From Octopus sinensis (taxonomy: Eukaryota), in the NCBI RefSeq assembly GCF_006345805.1, contig NC_042999.1:69254001-69318000 (forward strand): a stretch of 64,000 nucleotides of DNA. Direction: 5' to 3'. Shown piece by piece: positions 12,855-26,750 of this stretch. The notes beneath the pieces are model-generated. The model saw only the letters and a list, made by a program, of their open reading frames with translations. It made no database searches and was not told the origin of the DNA. Made by a program: the position numbers and the translations under genes. How positions within the stretch are numbered: the first letter of the stretch is position 1; each line of letters begins with the position of its first letter.

Positions 12855-14105
12855 GATATCCTATAAATACATCACTGTCATTCAGTAATTCATCACAGCC
12901 AATTTGTTTCTTTAGCAATGTATTTTATTTGATTAGAAAAAAAGATAACAGAGTTAGTAATTTAAAAATCAGTTGCATTAATGTAAATAACTGTCAACTA
13001 TAATTTCTCATTCTCTCTCAGTGCATCTCTGTTCTCCATGGTACCTATGTACATGTATACCCATATCATCATCATTTAACATCCGCTTTCCATACTGGTA
13101 TGAGTTAATCGGTTTGACTGACGGCTGGCAAGCCAGAAGGCTGCACCAGGCTCTACAGCTGGATGCCTTTCCTAACGCCAGTCAGTCAAGCAGCTCTGGC
13201 ATCGGCCACATTCTGATGGTGCTTTTTCCATGCCACTGACAAAATTCTTTAGGGTGGTGCCCCAGCATGGTCGCAGACTGAAACAAGTAAAAGATAAAAG
13301 ATAGTTGTGATGTCCCAGTTGGCTTGATCTCCACAATGCGTTTGACTCCAAGTTACACCCTCAGTAAATAGTCAGCTGTTATTCATCATCATCATCGTTT
13401 AACGTCCGTTTTCCATGCTGGCATGGGTTGGGCGGTTTGACTGAGGACTGGCAAAGCCAGAAGGCTGCACCAGGCTCCAATCCAATCTGGCAATGTTTCT
13501 ACAGCTGGATGCCCTTCCTAATGCCAACCACTCCAAGAGTGTAGTGGGTGTTTTTTACGTGCCACTAGTACAAGGGCCAGTCAAGCAGGACTGGCATCAA
13601 CCATGCTTGAATGGTACTTTTTATGTGCCACTGGCATGGGAGCCAGTCAGGTGGAACTGGCATCGACCACCCAACGACCACCTCTGTGTGTATGTGTGTG
13701 TGTGTCTTTTATCATTTATTTGAAAAATTTTAGTTGAATGAATTGACTGCAGTACTTATATATATGTATATATGACAAGCTTCTTTCAGTTTCCATCTAC
13801 CAAATCCACCAACAAGGCTTTGGTCAGCCTAAGGCTATAGCAGAAGACACTTGCCCAAAGTGTCACTCTGTTGGACTAAACCCAGAACCATGTGGTTGGG
13901 AAGCGAACTTCTTACCACACATTCACACCTGCATCTATGTTGAGAGAGAATGAGAAATTCTAGTTGACAGTTATTTACATTGTCATAACCTATTTCTGAA
14001 TTACTAACTCTGTTATCTTTTTTCTAATCAAATAAAATACATTGTTAAAGAAATAAACTGGCTGTGATGAATTATCGAATGACAGTGATGTATTTATAGA
14101 ATATC
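12855..14105. repeat. Inverted repeat, arms about 165 bp (12855-13020 / 13941-14105), enclosing SINE insertions
   Basis: Arms align by eye as reverse complements with scattered mismatches. Confidence 0.88.
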
Positions 14106-14234
14106 ATGTATTTATAGAATATCATATACGAGAAAAATCAAATGGGACTGATATATATATTTAAAAATTGCAGTATCTTATATTAGAAATCTACATTACT
14201 ACATTATATTTATATTTGTATACATAACATACAT

Positions 14235-14304
<70 letters not shown>

Positions 14305-14307
14305 TAC

Positions 14308-14622
14308 ATGGCACTCCATCAGTTATGATGACAAAGATTCCAGTTGATCCGATCAACGGAACAGCCTGCTCGTGAAATTAATGTGCAAGTGGCTGAGCAC
14401 TCCAAAGACACATGTACCCTTAATGTAGTTCTCAGGAAGATTCGGTGTGACATAGAGTGTTATAAGGATGGCCCTTTGAAATACAGGTAACATTCATTTT
14501 TCCAGCTGAGTGGACTGGAGCAATGTGAAATAAAGTGTCTTGCTCAAGGACACAATGCGTAGCCGGGAATTGAACTCATGACCTTATGCTCGTGAGCTGA
14601 ATGCCCTAACCACTAAGCCACA
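14308..14622 (-). mobile_element. SINE family D copy
   Basis: Matches 29934-30302. Confidence 0.82.
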
Positions 14623-14650
14623 CACCACACACACACACACACACACAATG

Positions 14651-14930
14651 ACTTCGGAAACATTTTTTCACGCTAAGAGTTGCTGAAGCATGGAACAAAC
14701 TGCCGGCATCAGTTGTCAGAGCACTGCATCCTTCAAAACTGCCATGCTTCCTGAGATTCGCCAGTACTACACCTGATTTTCTCCCCTCCATACACACGCA
14801 AGCATATATCTGACTCATACACTGTTCACTTTCCAGATATTTGTACATTACTGCATATGCTTTATATGCACTTTTGACAAGTTGTGGTGCACCTGAGCAC
14901 TGTATTCAATAATTTCATTATTATTATTAT
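14651..14930 (+). mobile_element. CR1/L2-type LINE 3' end
   Basis: Translates RKHFFTLRVAEAWNKLPASVV (typical CR1 ORF2 C-terminus), then a UTR and an (ATT)n tail. Confidence 0.8.
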
Positions 14931-16016
14931 AACAAAATAGACAACATCAAATTGTCTGTTGCTGTTGTAAAGAATTATTTTAGTTTTCAGATGGAAGATT
15001 CTGTCTTTGGCAGACAAAAATACAAAGAACAGAAGGTCTTTATTCTTGAGATATATGTGATAATTATTCTGGTGTGATGTCCAAGAATAGCTTTTAACAA
15101 CACAGAAGTTAGTGGTGGGAAGGTAATATTTCTTTAAAAGAAAGGCGGCTAGCTGGCAGAAATGTTAGCATGCCAGGCAAAATGCTTAGCGGTATTTTGT
15201 CTGCCTTTATGTTCTGGGTTCAAATTTCGATGAGGTCAACTTTGCCTTTCATCCTGTTGGAGTTGATAAATTAAGTATCATTTGCATACTGGGGTCGATC
15301 TAATTGACCGGCCACACCCTAGAGCAGAAAAGAAACAGAAATATGTTTACTGCCATGTCATTTCAGTAATATATGGTGTGTGTTTTGAATATCTGATAAA
15401 ACTCTAAGTGAAAACACAAGGGGTATCAAATGAGACACTGAATGAATCATATAGGATACCTGATGAAACCTTTAGTGAAAAATCAGAGGGTATCTAATGA
15501 AATTTTTCACTAAAGTCTATCAACTGATACAAGTTTAAAGGGCCCTATTAGTAACTTTGATCAGATTTGAACACAGAACCTTAGGATTTCGAGGTGTGAG
15601 TTGTTCTAAATGTGTTAATACTTGTTGAATATTGTAAAAATAATGAGACAGACAAATGTAAACTCTGCTAAAATAGAAATCACCCGAAATCACTTTTTCG
15701 TTTTAAAAATATCCACAATGGAATGAACCAAAGCTTTAAGTCTGATATAATGGAGAGAAAGAGTCTATTTAATTTTTATGGTTCTGCTGAATAAAGCTTG
15801 TTATTTCATCCAGTTTATTCGGGAAAAAATATGCAACTAAAAGGAGAAGGAAAACAAAACAAATATAGATTTATAGAGTTATTAGTTTCAGGAATACAAG
15901 GTACATTAACTTTTAGGATAGAAATAATTCTTTGTTCAATGTTAACTTCTGGATGTTACAAAATTTCATATTTAAATATATATGTATAAATATATATGTG
16001 TTTGTGTGTGTGTGTG

Positions 16017-16180
16017 CAGGCATGGCTCTGTGGTAAGAAGCTTGCTTCACATCTGCATGGTTCTGGGTTCAATTCAACTACATAGAACCTTGGGTTAAGT
16101 GTCTTCTACAATCTCCCTGGGCCAGCCAAAGCTTTGTGGGTGGATTTGGTAGATGGAAAAGTAACAGAAACCAGTTGTAT
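16017..16180 (+). mobile_element. SINE family A, 5' half
   Basis: gcaggcatggctctgtggtaagaagcttgc... head; a minus-strand 3' half lies at 16587-16790. Confidence 0.8.
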
Positions 16181-16289
16181 ATATATAATAATTATTATTT
16201 GAGGGAATAAAATCCAAACTTACAAGGAAAAAGAATTCAATTTAGAAATACTAAATCAAATTCCACACAATATAATATATATATAAAAT

Positions 16290-16579
16290 ATTAGAAAAAA
16301 AACACCTTTTATCAATTCAAAATGAATAATTAAATTACACCATCTAGAAAATTACATATAGTAGAAAAGTTAAAATTAAAATAACAATTAAAAAGTAAAG
16401 ATTAAGTAAATTACAAAAATAATATAATACCTATTATATACATTATATTATTTTTGTAATTTACTTAATCTTTACTTTTTAATTGTTATTTTAATTTTAA
16501 CTTTTCTATTATATGTAATTTTCTAGATGGTGTAATTTAATTATTCATTTTGAATTGATAAAAGGTGTTTTTTTCTAAT
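16290..16579. repeat. Near-perfect AT-rich palindrome, arms about 139 bp, 13-nt loop
   Basis: 16290-16428 / 16442-16579, with about one mismatch and one indel. Confidence 0.92.
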
Positions 16580-16887
16580 TTATGTATTTACTCGTTTCAG
16601 TCATTTGACTGCAGCCATGCTGGAACACCACTTTTAGTCGAACAAATCAACCCCAGGACTTATTCTTTGTAAGCCTAGTACTTATTCTATCGATGTCTTT
16701 TGCCAAACCACTAAGGTATGGGGACATAAACACACCAAGATTGGTTGTCAAGTGACAGTGGGGGGACAAACACAGACACACAAACATATATATATGTATA
16801 TATATATGCTTTCCGAAATCCGCCGAAACTACACCTGATTATATATACACTTTAGATGAGTTGTAGTGCACCTGAGCACTGTACACA

Positions 16888-16929
<42 letters not shown>

Positions 16930-17854
16930 TATATAAAATGCAAAATGGGGCAAGAATGCAAAACATTCAGACAGTTAGGTGATACAAGAAAGGGACAACA
17001 AAACATCCAGATGGAAAACAAGGACGGGTCACTCAGAGTTTTCTTTCCTCAGTCGAGTTCCAGATTATCTTTGCAATTTTGGCTGGTTATACTCGAGATT
17101 GCTCCAATCTGGCCAGCCCCAAGGAAAAACTAAGCTAAGAGCATTAGATTCCTTGGAAGAAAGCAGCGAATGTATACAAAACCAAGGACAGAAAAAAACG
17201 GAGACAGTTGCACAAATGCAAATAACAGGACATAACAACAGGTGTCTTTCAACTAAGGACAAATTAAATTAAGTTTGCGTGTGTGGTAGTAAAGCCTTAC
17301 GGCATGGATACAAGATGTCCTTCCTAATGCCAACCCCTCCAAGAGTGTAGTGAGTGCTTTTTACATGCCACCGGCTCAAGATCCAGTCAGGCAACACCAA
17401 ATCCATTCACAAAGCTTTGGTCAGATGAAGGCTATAGTAGAAGACACTTGCCTAAGGTGACATACAGTGATATTGAACCCAGAACCATGTAGTTGAGAAG
17501 CAAGCTTCTTCCCTCAGTTACTCTTTCATTTGTTTTTTCTTAAATTTGTGAAGTTATTGGAGCATTTAACCCTTCTGATACTGACCATTTGAAACTGTCC
17601 CGGGGAAAAAAAAATGATCAGGAAATAGACCGATGGACATTTAAGATATCACGAAGCAGAAATATAATATGACACATGATAGTCATGTCTTTATTTCAAG
17701 ATGATAGCTTTGTGTGTGGAGAATGTTCAGCAGATACAGGTATAACAAGGTGCCCTATTTAGGTGGACATGTTCTGCAAAGAAATGGTTGAGTTAGTAAC
17801 GAATGTGATATCACAAGTGGGAAGGTTTTTAAAGAGAATAGGGAAAATATGCAT

Positions 17855-18530
17855 AGGTGCAGGCATGGCCATGTGGTAAGAAGTTTGCTTCTCAACCACA
17901 TGGTTCTTGGTTCAGTCCACTGCATGGCACTTTGGGCAAGTGTCTTCTACTGTAGCCACAGGTCAGCCAAAGTCTGAATGGATTTGTTAGACAGAAAATG
18001 AAAGAAGCCTGTTGTTTATTTATATAAATATACACATGCTCATAGATGTACATACATATATACATGTACATATATATACACATACACAAATGTACATGTA
18101 CATATATACAAATACACATATAGACATGTACTTATATACACATGCATATATATACACGTACATATATGCACATATACATATATACATGTACATATATGCA
18201 CATACACATATATACACATACATATATACACGTTCACATATATACACGTACATATATACACGTACACATATATACACATATATACATGTACACACATATA
18301 CAGGTACATGCATACACATATATACATGTACATATATACATGTACACATATAGACACGTACATATATACACTTACACATTACAAGCTTTTTCAGTTTCCT
18401 TCTACCAAATCCACTCGAAGCTTTTGTCGATCCAGGCCTATAATAGAAGACACTTGTCCTAGATGCCATGCTGTGGGATTGAACCTGGAACCATGTGGTT
18501 GGGGTGCAAACTTCTCAACCACATAACCAT
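17855..18530. mobile_element. Two inverted SINE A 5' halves flanking a (TACA/TATACACG)n tract
   Basis: Plus copy 17855-18015, minus copy 18385-18530. Confidence 0.8.
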
Positions 18531-21500
18531 GACAAATTTTATAATAATTTTTCACATCACCTTAGATATAACATTTTCTGCTTTTTTTAAAAAAATATTT
18601 GAGAAATAAATGGCTGTAAATACAAGTTAAAATTTTAAAGTAAATAAAATTTTAAACAGAAAGTATATTAAATTTATAAAAATGCAAAACTTGGACAAAA
18701 TTTGAATAATCTAAAATATTTGATTTTCCCAGATACCAACAGTAAAATTAAGATTATTTGAATTTGCAGCCAACTCCTTTTAAATCAACAAAGATAATTA
18801 TCTCACATAAGCTGCTGACACTAATGAATATAAATAATTAATTATCAAATACAAAAGTCGTATGTGGGACTATTTCACTGTTGCATTCAATAATTGATTT
18901 CAAATTTTGACACAAGGCCAGCAATTTTAGGGGCGAGCTCAAGTCAGTTACATCAACCCCAGTGCTTAATTGATATTTATTTTGTTGACCATAAAAGAAT
19001 GAAAGGCAAAACTGACCTCAATGGAATTTGAACTCAGAATGTAAAGACAGACGAAGTGCTGCTAAGCATTTTGCTGGTGTGCTAACAATTCTGCCAGCTT
19101 GCCATCTTATTGCATTAGATGTTAAATTAGGTGCAGATATCGCTGTGTGGTTAAGATGGTTGCTTCCCAACAATGTGGCTTCAGGTTCAGTCCCACAGCA
19201 TGGTACCTCAAGCAAGTGTATTTTTCCATGGCCCCAGGCCCAGCAAAAAATTTCTGAGTGGATTTGATCGATGATGATTGAAAGAAACTCATTGTGTATT
19301 CATCATCATCATTTAATTTCCATCTGCCATGCTGGCATCTATTGGGCAGTCAGTAGCGTAGTTAGAAGGTGGTGGTAGGGGCAGTCCACCTCTGGGCGGC
19401 ACTTTGAAAGGGGTGGCCTTTTGGGTCTGTTGTAGGTAATATGTAATTTTTGTGGTGACCAGGGGCGGCAAATGGAAGGGCCACCTTGGGTGGCACACAC
19501 TCTAGCTCCACCAGGGTGGACAGTTCAATAGGATCTGACAAACTGGTTGACTGTGTTGAGCTTGACTGTCTGCTTTGCCATGGTTTTGATGGCTTCATGC
19601 CCTTCCCTTGGTGCCAACCATTTTACAGTGTGTATTGGGTGTTTTTTTTTTCCATGCTTCTGGCATGAGTGAGGTGGTCAAGTATGTATGTCTGTTAGTG
19701 TCTCCCTTGTCCTCACATCACATGGTACTTACAAGTGAGTATCGCCATCATACATGTGATGTTGTTCATTGCCAGTCTTCCATGAAAATATATCCATCCA
19801 TGGAGGAGAACTATTACCCTCTCTGAAAAATAGGTGAGGATTGGTGACAGGAAGAGCATCCAGCAGTAGAAAAATCTGTCTCGATAAATTTTGTTTTACC
19901 CATGCAAATATGGAAAAGTGGATGTTGAGGCAATAATGATGATGATGGTGGTGGTGGTGGTGGTAATAATGATGATGGTGGTGGTGGTGATGGTGGTGGT
20001 GATGATGGTGCGGATGATGATGATGGTGGTGGTGGTGATGATGATTACATCATTACTATTATTAACTGAAATGGAACGAAGTCAAAAGAAAGTTGTGGAC
20101 GTATGCAATAGATGAAATTTTTCAGGGGATGTTCTAAAAATTTGGATAAATTCTTGTGCACCAGAGAGATGAAAATGTCGATCCCTCTCCCATAGCATTC
20201 CTACTTTTGGTGGGGTTAAACATGTCTGCATACTTCTCTATAAATACATTTGGCCCTGGGTCAGCCCTTATTGCGTAGGCCTCTGATCAAAAGCCTTCAA
20301 ACCATCCTCACTATATTTTTATATATGATATTTAATGTATCCTTCTTTTTTAAAGGCTAGTGTGTGATTTGATGGATTTGATAGCAGTTTCTAGACAGTC
20401 GAAATTCTCTCGTTCTGTAATACAGTAGCCTATGTAATTAATTATTTAAATAAGTTTGTGTTGCTAATTCGTGGTAAAACAAAACAGTAATTGTTGCTAA
20501 GATCAAGCAATGAAAAATTAGTAACGAAATACGTGGACGTTAAACATAAGGGAGATAACTGCTGAGCGTTAGTGAAATTCTGCTTCAGCAAAGATTTCAT
20601 TGCGAATAATAGTTGTTGGGTGAACTGTCTTTTCTTTTCATTACTGCTTTAGGTACAGGGCCCGAAATTTTTGGGGAAGGGGCCAGGCGATTAGATCGAT
20701 CCCAGAACGCAACTGGTACCTAATTTATTGACCCCGAAAGGATGAAAGGCAAAGTCGACCTCGGTCTGCGATCAAAAAGCTTCCAGCCGTGACCATCTCA
20801 TCTTTTCAGAAATATGTCTACGATTACGTAGATGTTCCTTTATGTAATAGAAATGTCTAATAGCAGTAATTTAGATAAATAATTTTAGTCAACTGTCAAG
20901 AATAACATATTTGGGGAAAAAGTAGTAAAGAGATTAATAGATTAAGGAGATGGACAGGAAAGGATCAGCATTGCTGAAGAAAAAAAATAAATTCCATTAG
21001 AAATAAATGTAGAATATAGGCAAAACCTATATTTCCTCTGATCTTTTTAAATCCTTGTTCGTTTCTAGAATGATCATCAAGAATGTTGTCCGACTTTTCA
21101 ATGTCCCTGTAGAGAGAGACTTGGTACAAAAGTCATTTTGAAGATATATATTTGAACAATCAGATCGTAACAACCAAAATCTTATCACCAATCACGTCCA
21201 GAATTTTACATCTGGAATGTGCTGATGTTAAATCACAATGATGATGACGATGATGATGATCATCATCATCATCATCCTTAGCATTATTTAACGTCCCTTT
21301 TCCATGCTGGTGTGGGTTGGATGGGTTGACAGGGCTGGCTTGGCAGAAGACTATTTGAGGCTTCACGGGCTGTTTTGGCAGCAGCTTTTATGGTTGGATG
21401 TCCTTCCTATCAACCAACTACCTGACAGAGTGCTTTTTATGTGACACCAGCACTAGACGAGGCAAAACAAAGGCCAGTCAAGAAGTAGATGTGTTGGGCA

Positions 21501-22617
21501 TGGATGGACCAAAGTCCAAGGAAGAAGGGAGTAAAGGAAGAAAAATTTACATTTTTACTTCAGTAAAAATTATTGTAAACATTTAATGAAACTTGAAAGG
21601 TTTTGCACTATTTTAATTTATTTCATTTTATTTTATTTTATTTACTGGTTTCAGTCATTGGACTGTGGCCATGCTGGGGCACAGTCTTGAAAAGTTTTAT
21701 TTGAACAAATTGAGCCCAGTGCCAGAGCTTGCTTTTTTTAAAGCTTGGTGCTTATTTTATTGGTCTCTTTTATTGAACCTTTAGCTATAGGAATTTAAAC
21801 AGACTGACACCATTTGTCAAGCAGCCTGGTCCTGGGGGGAGGGGCAAACACACATTTCATCTATATATATATATATATATATATTTAATTATTCTGAATA
21901 TACATGTGTACTGAGATGTAATTTGAAAAGCCCGCCTCTTACATAGATATATAAGAGTGTACAATCCTTTGTGCTATGCTGGATACTTTAGGTGTTCGTC
22001 TGGTATGTTGAATTTTGTTCATTTTGTTATGTGTCTTGATTATGCCTGCACTGACGATTAGAAAGTGGATTATGTACATGAACTATGAAATATGATTTGC
22101 AGCTGAATCTGTTTTTAAGAGTTGGCATCCAAGTTGCCTTCCTGCACTGTCACTATATTTATTATGGTAGTTTTTACTTTAAGAGTCCCTTATAGCACGA
22201 AGCATTTACGTGTAGTAATGCCCCTAATATAAAATTATATATATATATATATATCATTCCAAAAGAATTAGAGGTTGTGAATCCAACAACTAAGGGAAAA
22301 TATCTATCCAATATACTGCTGGTAGAATACCCAATTATATTAATATACAAGTAAATGTAATAAATGGGCTAGGGTAAAAAGCTTTTTACTCTTAATTTAT
22401 AGGGCAATAAGAAAATGGAGGGGATCAGGAGGTGGTATTCATCAACTTTTAGACATTATATTATGTCTATTTATTTATCTAAAAAAAATCAATTATAATA
22501 ATATACATACATGTATAACATATGCTTTACATATATAAAAATACCAGTAATTATTAAAATATATAACATAGAACAGAGAGTAAGAAAATTGATTCCGTTG
22601 TATGCATATACATATTT

Positions 22618-25600
22618 GAGTGCTACTGGTACCATGTAGTCCAGTACAACCTGTTACATGGTCGGGTCGTCGGCGACTAAACCGGCAACCCTACCAGGCT
22701 TGCTTGGTGAGGCGGGTGTTTGTTGGACACCCTGCAGGACAAAAAAATAAGACCTGTCAAAGGGTGGAAGAACTACAGCGTAGTCAACGGCCATCCAACG
22801 CTCTGCTGCCTTGTAAATAGACTTTTTAGTCAAAGGCTCCAGGTGGGGTCTCCTAAACTAACCCCCTACTCCGGCCTAGGCAACCGGGTAATATACACCT
22901 ACTAAAAACCATGGATCCTTTTATCTCTTTCGCCATGGTTTGGATGGCATGGGCAGGAGGAGCTCGTCAGCCATGGTTGGCAACCCTCCTAGGAGAGGAT
23001 AACTCCGACTTCAAACCTACGACCCGAGGATCTCGCTGTCACCGTCCCAGCTCGCTAGGCCATGGCAGATGAACCTCGTGCTTAAAGGGTGGGGCCAGTT
23101 TGCGCGCACTGCACTTCACCTTAAAAAACTCCCTAGCGTAGGCCAAAGGACATGACCATGTTCTGTGACCAGCCATCCTAAAAGTCCTGCAGCGATGGGA
23201 AAGGGGCGAAAGCGGCAAGTGGAAGATGTCACTGGAAGCCGTAGTCTCAACCCTACATGTAGGCTGCTCAGGACTTTGGTTGCCTGGTTGTTGACCCGGA
23301 GACGACGACACCACTCGGCAGCATCCTGAGCGACCAGGCAGCCCTATTTAGGGAGTGCACTGCTTGCTCCACATGGAGAGGGGCGGTAGAAAAGATTCGC
23401 CTAAACAAAGCTCGTCTCCTCTATACCCAGTTGACTAACCGCAGTCAACGAGCATCTTCAGAGCGGTCGAACAAACATGGAAACAAAACCGAAGGAAAGT
23501 AAGCAGGAGTTGAAAGTTGCCTGCTGGAATGTGAAGACCATGCTTGACAAGGCTGACAGCAACCACCCGGAACGTCGTTCGGCTCTCATAGCTCATGAAC
23601 TCTCCCGTCTCAACATTGACATAGCAGCTCTCAGCGAGGTCCGCTTCGCTGACGAGGGCAGCCTCAAAGAACGCGGTGCTGGCTCCACCTTCTTCTGGTC
23701 CAGAAAACCATCATCTGGAAAACGTGTGTTGGGTGTAGGACTCATAGTGAGGAATTCCATCACCTCCAAACTGGAAACGTTACCCACGGGCCACTCAGAC
23801 CGCATCATATCCATGCGCCTACCACTGGAGAGCAAACAACATCTCACTCTCTTCAGTGTTTATGCTCCAACTCTACTGGCAGATCCCGCGGACAAAAACA
23901 GCTTCTATTCTGATCTGCGCAGACTCTTGAACAACACCCCTGCAAACGACAAGGTCCTGATCCTTGGCGACTTCAACGCAAGAGTTGGGAAGAACTCTGA
24001 GGCTTGGAAAGGAGTCCTTGGAAGACACGGCATTGGTGGCTGTAATGACAACGGGCACCTCCTGCTCGAGTTCTGCACGGAGCACCAACTTGATATTACC
24101 AACACAATCTTCCAACAGAAAGACCGTCTGAAAACTACTTGGATGCATCCCCGGTCCAAACATTGGCATCTACTTGACTATGTGCTTGTGCGCCAGCGAG
24201 ACCTGAAAGACGTTCTACACACAAGAGTGATGCTCAGTGCAGAGTGCCACACCGACCATCGCCTTGTCCGCTGCAAGCTCAAACTGCAGTTCAAACCCAA
24301 ACCCAAGAAGAAAGGTAACCCCATAAAGAAACTCAATGTCGACAGCTTGTGCCGGGAGGAAGTGAAAATCAAATTCCAAGCAAACCTGCAGCAAAGACTA
24401 GACGAATCCCCCTGCACTGATGATACCACCCCAGACACCTTGTGTGAGAACCTGAAATCAGCCATCCTTAAGACATCTATGGAAGTTCATGGGCACACAA
24501 AGAAGAAAAACAAGGACTGTTTCGATGAAAATGACAAGGAGATCCAGGAATTACTAGCAAGAAAGAGGGCAGCTCATCAGGCCCACCTCGCACAACCAGC
24601 CTGTCTTGTGAAGAAAACTACCTTTCGACGTGCATGCAGCACCCTGCAGCAAAAACTCAGAGAAATGCAGAACGAGTGGTGGGACCACCTGGCGCGGAGA
24701 ACCCAGCTGTGCGCTGACCTCGGAGACTATAGAGGCTTCTATGAGGCTCTGAAAGCAGTGTATGGCCCCACCCACCTGGTCCAGAGTCCCCTACGCAGTT
24801 CAGATGGACAGGACCTCCTCACCGATAACACCTCCATCCTCGCTCGCTGGTCCAAGCACTTCCAAAGCCTCTTCAGTGCTAACCGTACCGTACAGGACGC
24901 TGCCATTCTTCGCATTCCTCAACTTCCACTCAAGGAGGAGCTCAACGAACCACCCACCCTCGTAGAAACGATTGAAGCCATAGGACAACTCAAGAGTCGC
25001 AAAGCAGCAGGAGTTAACGGCATCCCACCAGAAATCTGGAAGAATGGAGGTCCGATGCTCCATGACAAACTCCATGATTTTCTTGTCTGCTGCTGGGAGC
25101 AGAGCAAGCTGCTACAGGATCTTTACGACGCCATCATCATAACCCTATACAAGAACAAGGGTGAAAAGTCTGACTGCTCCAACTACCGGGGAATCACCCT
25201 ACTCTCCATCGCCGGCAAAGTACTTGCAAGGATCCTGCTCAATAGGCTAGTACCAACCATCGCTGAAGAAAACCTCCCCGAGAACCAGTATGGCTTCAGA
25301 GCCAACAGAGGCACAACGGATATGGTGTTCGTCCTCCGCCAACTCCAGGTGAAGTACCGAGAACAAAACAGGGGACTCTATGCTACTTTCGTCGACCTTA
25401 CAAAAGCATTTGACACAGTGAGCAGGACAGGTATATGGCTCATCCTGGAACGACTTGGCTGTCCCACCAAGTTTCTACAGATGGTGATCCAGCTGCACGA
25501 GAATCAGCGTGGTCAGATCAGACACAATGCTGACCTGTCGGAGCCCTTCCCCATTTCCAACGGCGTGAAGCAGGGTTGCGTCCTGGCACCGACTCTCTTC

Positions 25601-26750
25601 AGCATCTTCTTCAGCATGATGATCAAGCATGCAACTGAAGATATGGAGGATGAGGATGGGGTGTATGTTAGGTATCGTCTGGATGGCAGTCTCTTCAATC
25701 TACGGCGCCTCCAAGCCCTCACCAATACCCAGGAAAGGTTGATCCGAGACCTTCTCTTCGCATACGACGCTGTCCTTGTCGCCCACACAGAGCGAGCTCT
25801 GCAGCGCATCACGTCCTACTTTGCAGACGCCTCGCAGCTCTTTGGCCTGGAGGTCAGCCTCAAGAAGACGGAGGTACTTCACCAACCTACACCCCAAGAG
25901 GAATACCGCCCACCCCACATCACTATCTGCGGTACCGAACTGAAGTCAATACAGCAGTTTACATACCTGGGCTGCATCATCTCCTCTGATGCAAGGATCG
26001 ACAAGGAAATTGACAATAGACTTTCTAAGGCAAATAGCTCCTTTGGCAGATTGTACAAACGTGTTTGGCACAATGGTGGCCTGAAGAACAAAACAAAGAT
26101 CAGTGTCTACAGGGCCGTGGTTCTCACCACTCTTCTATACGGCTCAGAGACCCGGATCACTTACCGCAGTCACATCCGTCGCCTCGAGCGCTTCCACCAG
26201 CGATGTCTCCGCACTATCCTCAACATTCACTGGAGTGACTTCATCACAAACATTGAAGTCTTGGAGCGGGCCGAGATCCCCAGCATTGAAGCCACGCTAC
26301 TGAAGTACCACCTCCGATGGGCAGGGCATGTCTCCAGAATGGAGAACCATCGCCTTCCAAAGATTGCCCTGTTTGGCGAACTTTCCACTGGCCACCGAGT
26401 GAGAGGAGCTCCGAGGAAGCGCTACAAAGACTGCCTCAAGAAGTCTCTAACAGCATGTGAAATTAACCACCAGATTGCTGGTCAGACCTGGCTGCGGACC
26501 GTGATGTCTGGGGCCACACGATCTTCAACGCAGTCAGCAAGTTTGAGAAACAAAAAAGAGACGCACTTAAAGACAAGAGACGCAAGAGGAAGGCGTGAGC
26601 CGCCTCTGACACCACACCGGATGTTACCTTCGTCTGTGGACACTGCTCACGGACCTGCCTTTCCCATATCGGACTTGTCAGTCATGAGCGTACATGCACG
26701 CGACGTGGACAGCCTTCCTGATCTTCGTTCGCGAAGCCGAGCCATGATGA
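22618..26750 (+). mobile_element. Near-full-length RTE-clade LINE
   Basis: GC-rich 5' UTR of about 850 bp, a single APE+RT ORF, a C-terminal CCHC-type motif in the shifted frame, and a 3' end ...gcgaagccgagccatgatga followed by (TA)n. Confidence 0.93.

Noticed and set aside
15455-15520. CTGATGA followed by GAAA as another hammerhead
   Set aside because: No stem II or III geometry and no UH site; only a 14-bp inverted repeat is present.
22618-23476. HDV-like ribozyme at the RTE 5' end
   Set aside because: Known for some RTE elements, but I could not identify the nested double pseudoknot by eye; it needs a structure-descriptor search.
23593-26303. Antisense and alternative-frame ORFs within the RTE
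   Set aside because: Expected shadows of a long GC-richer ORF; no recognisable motifs.
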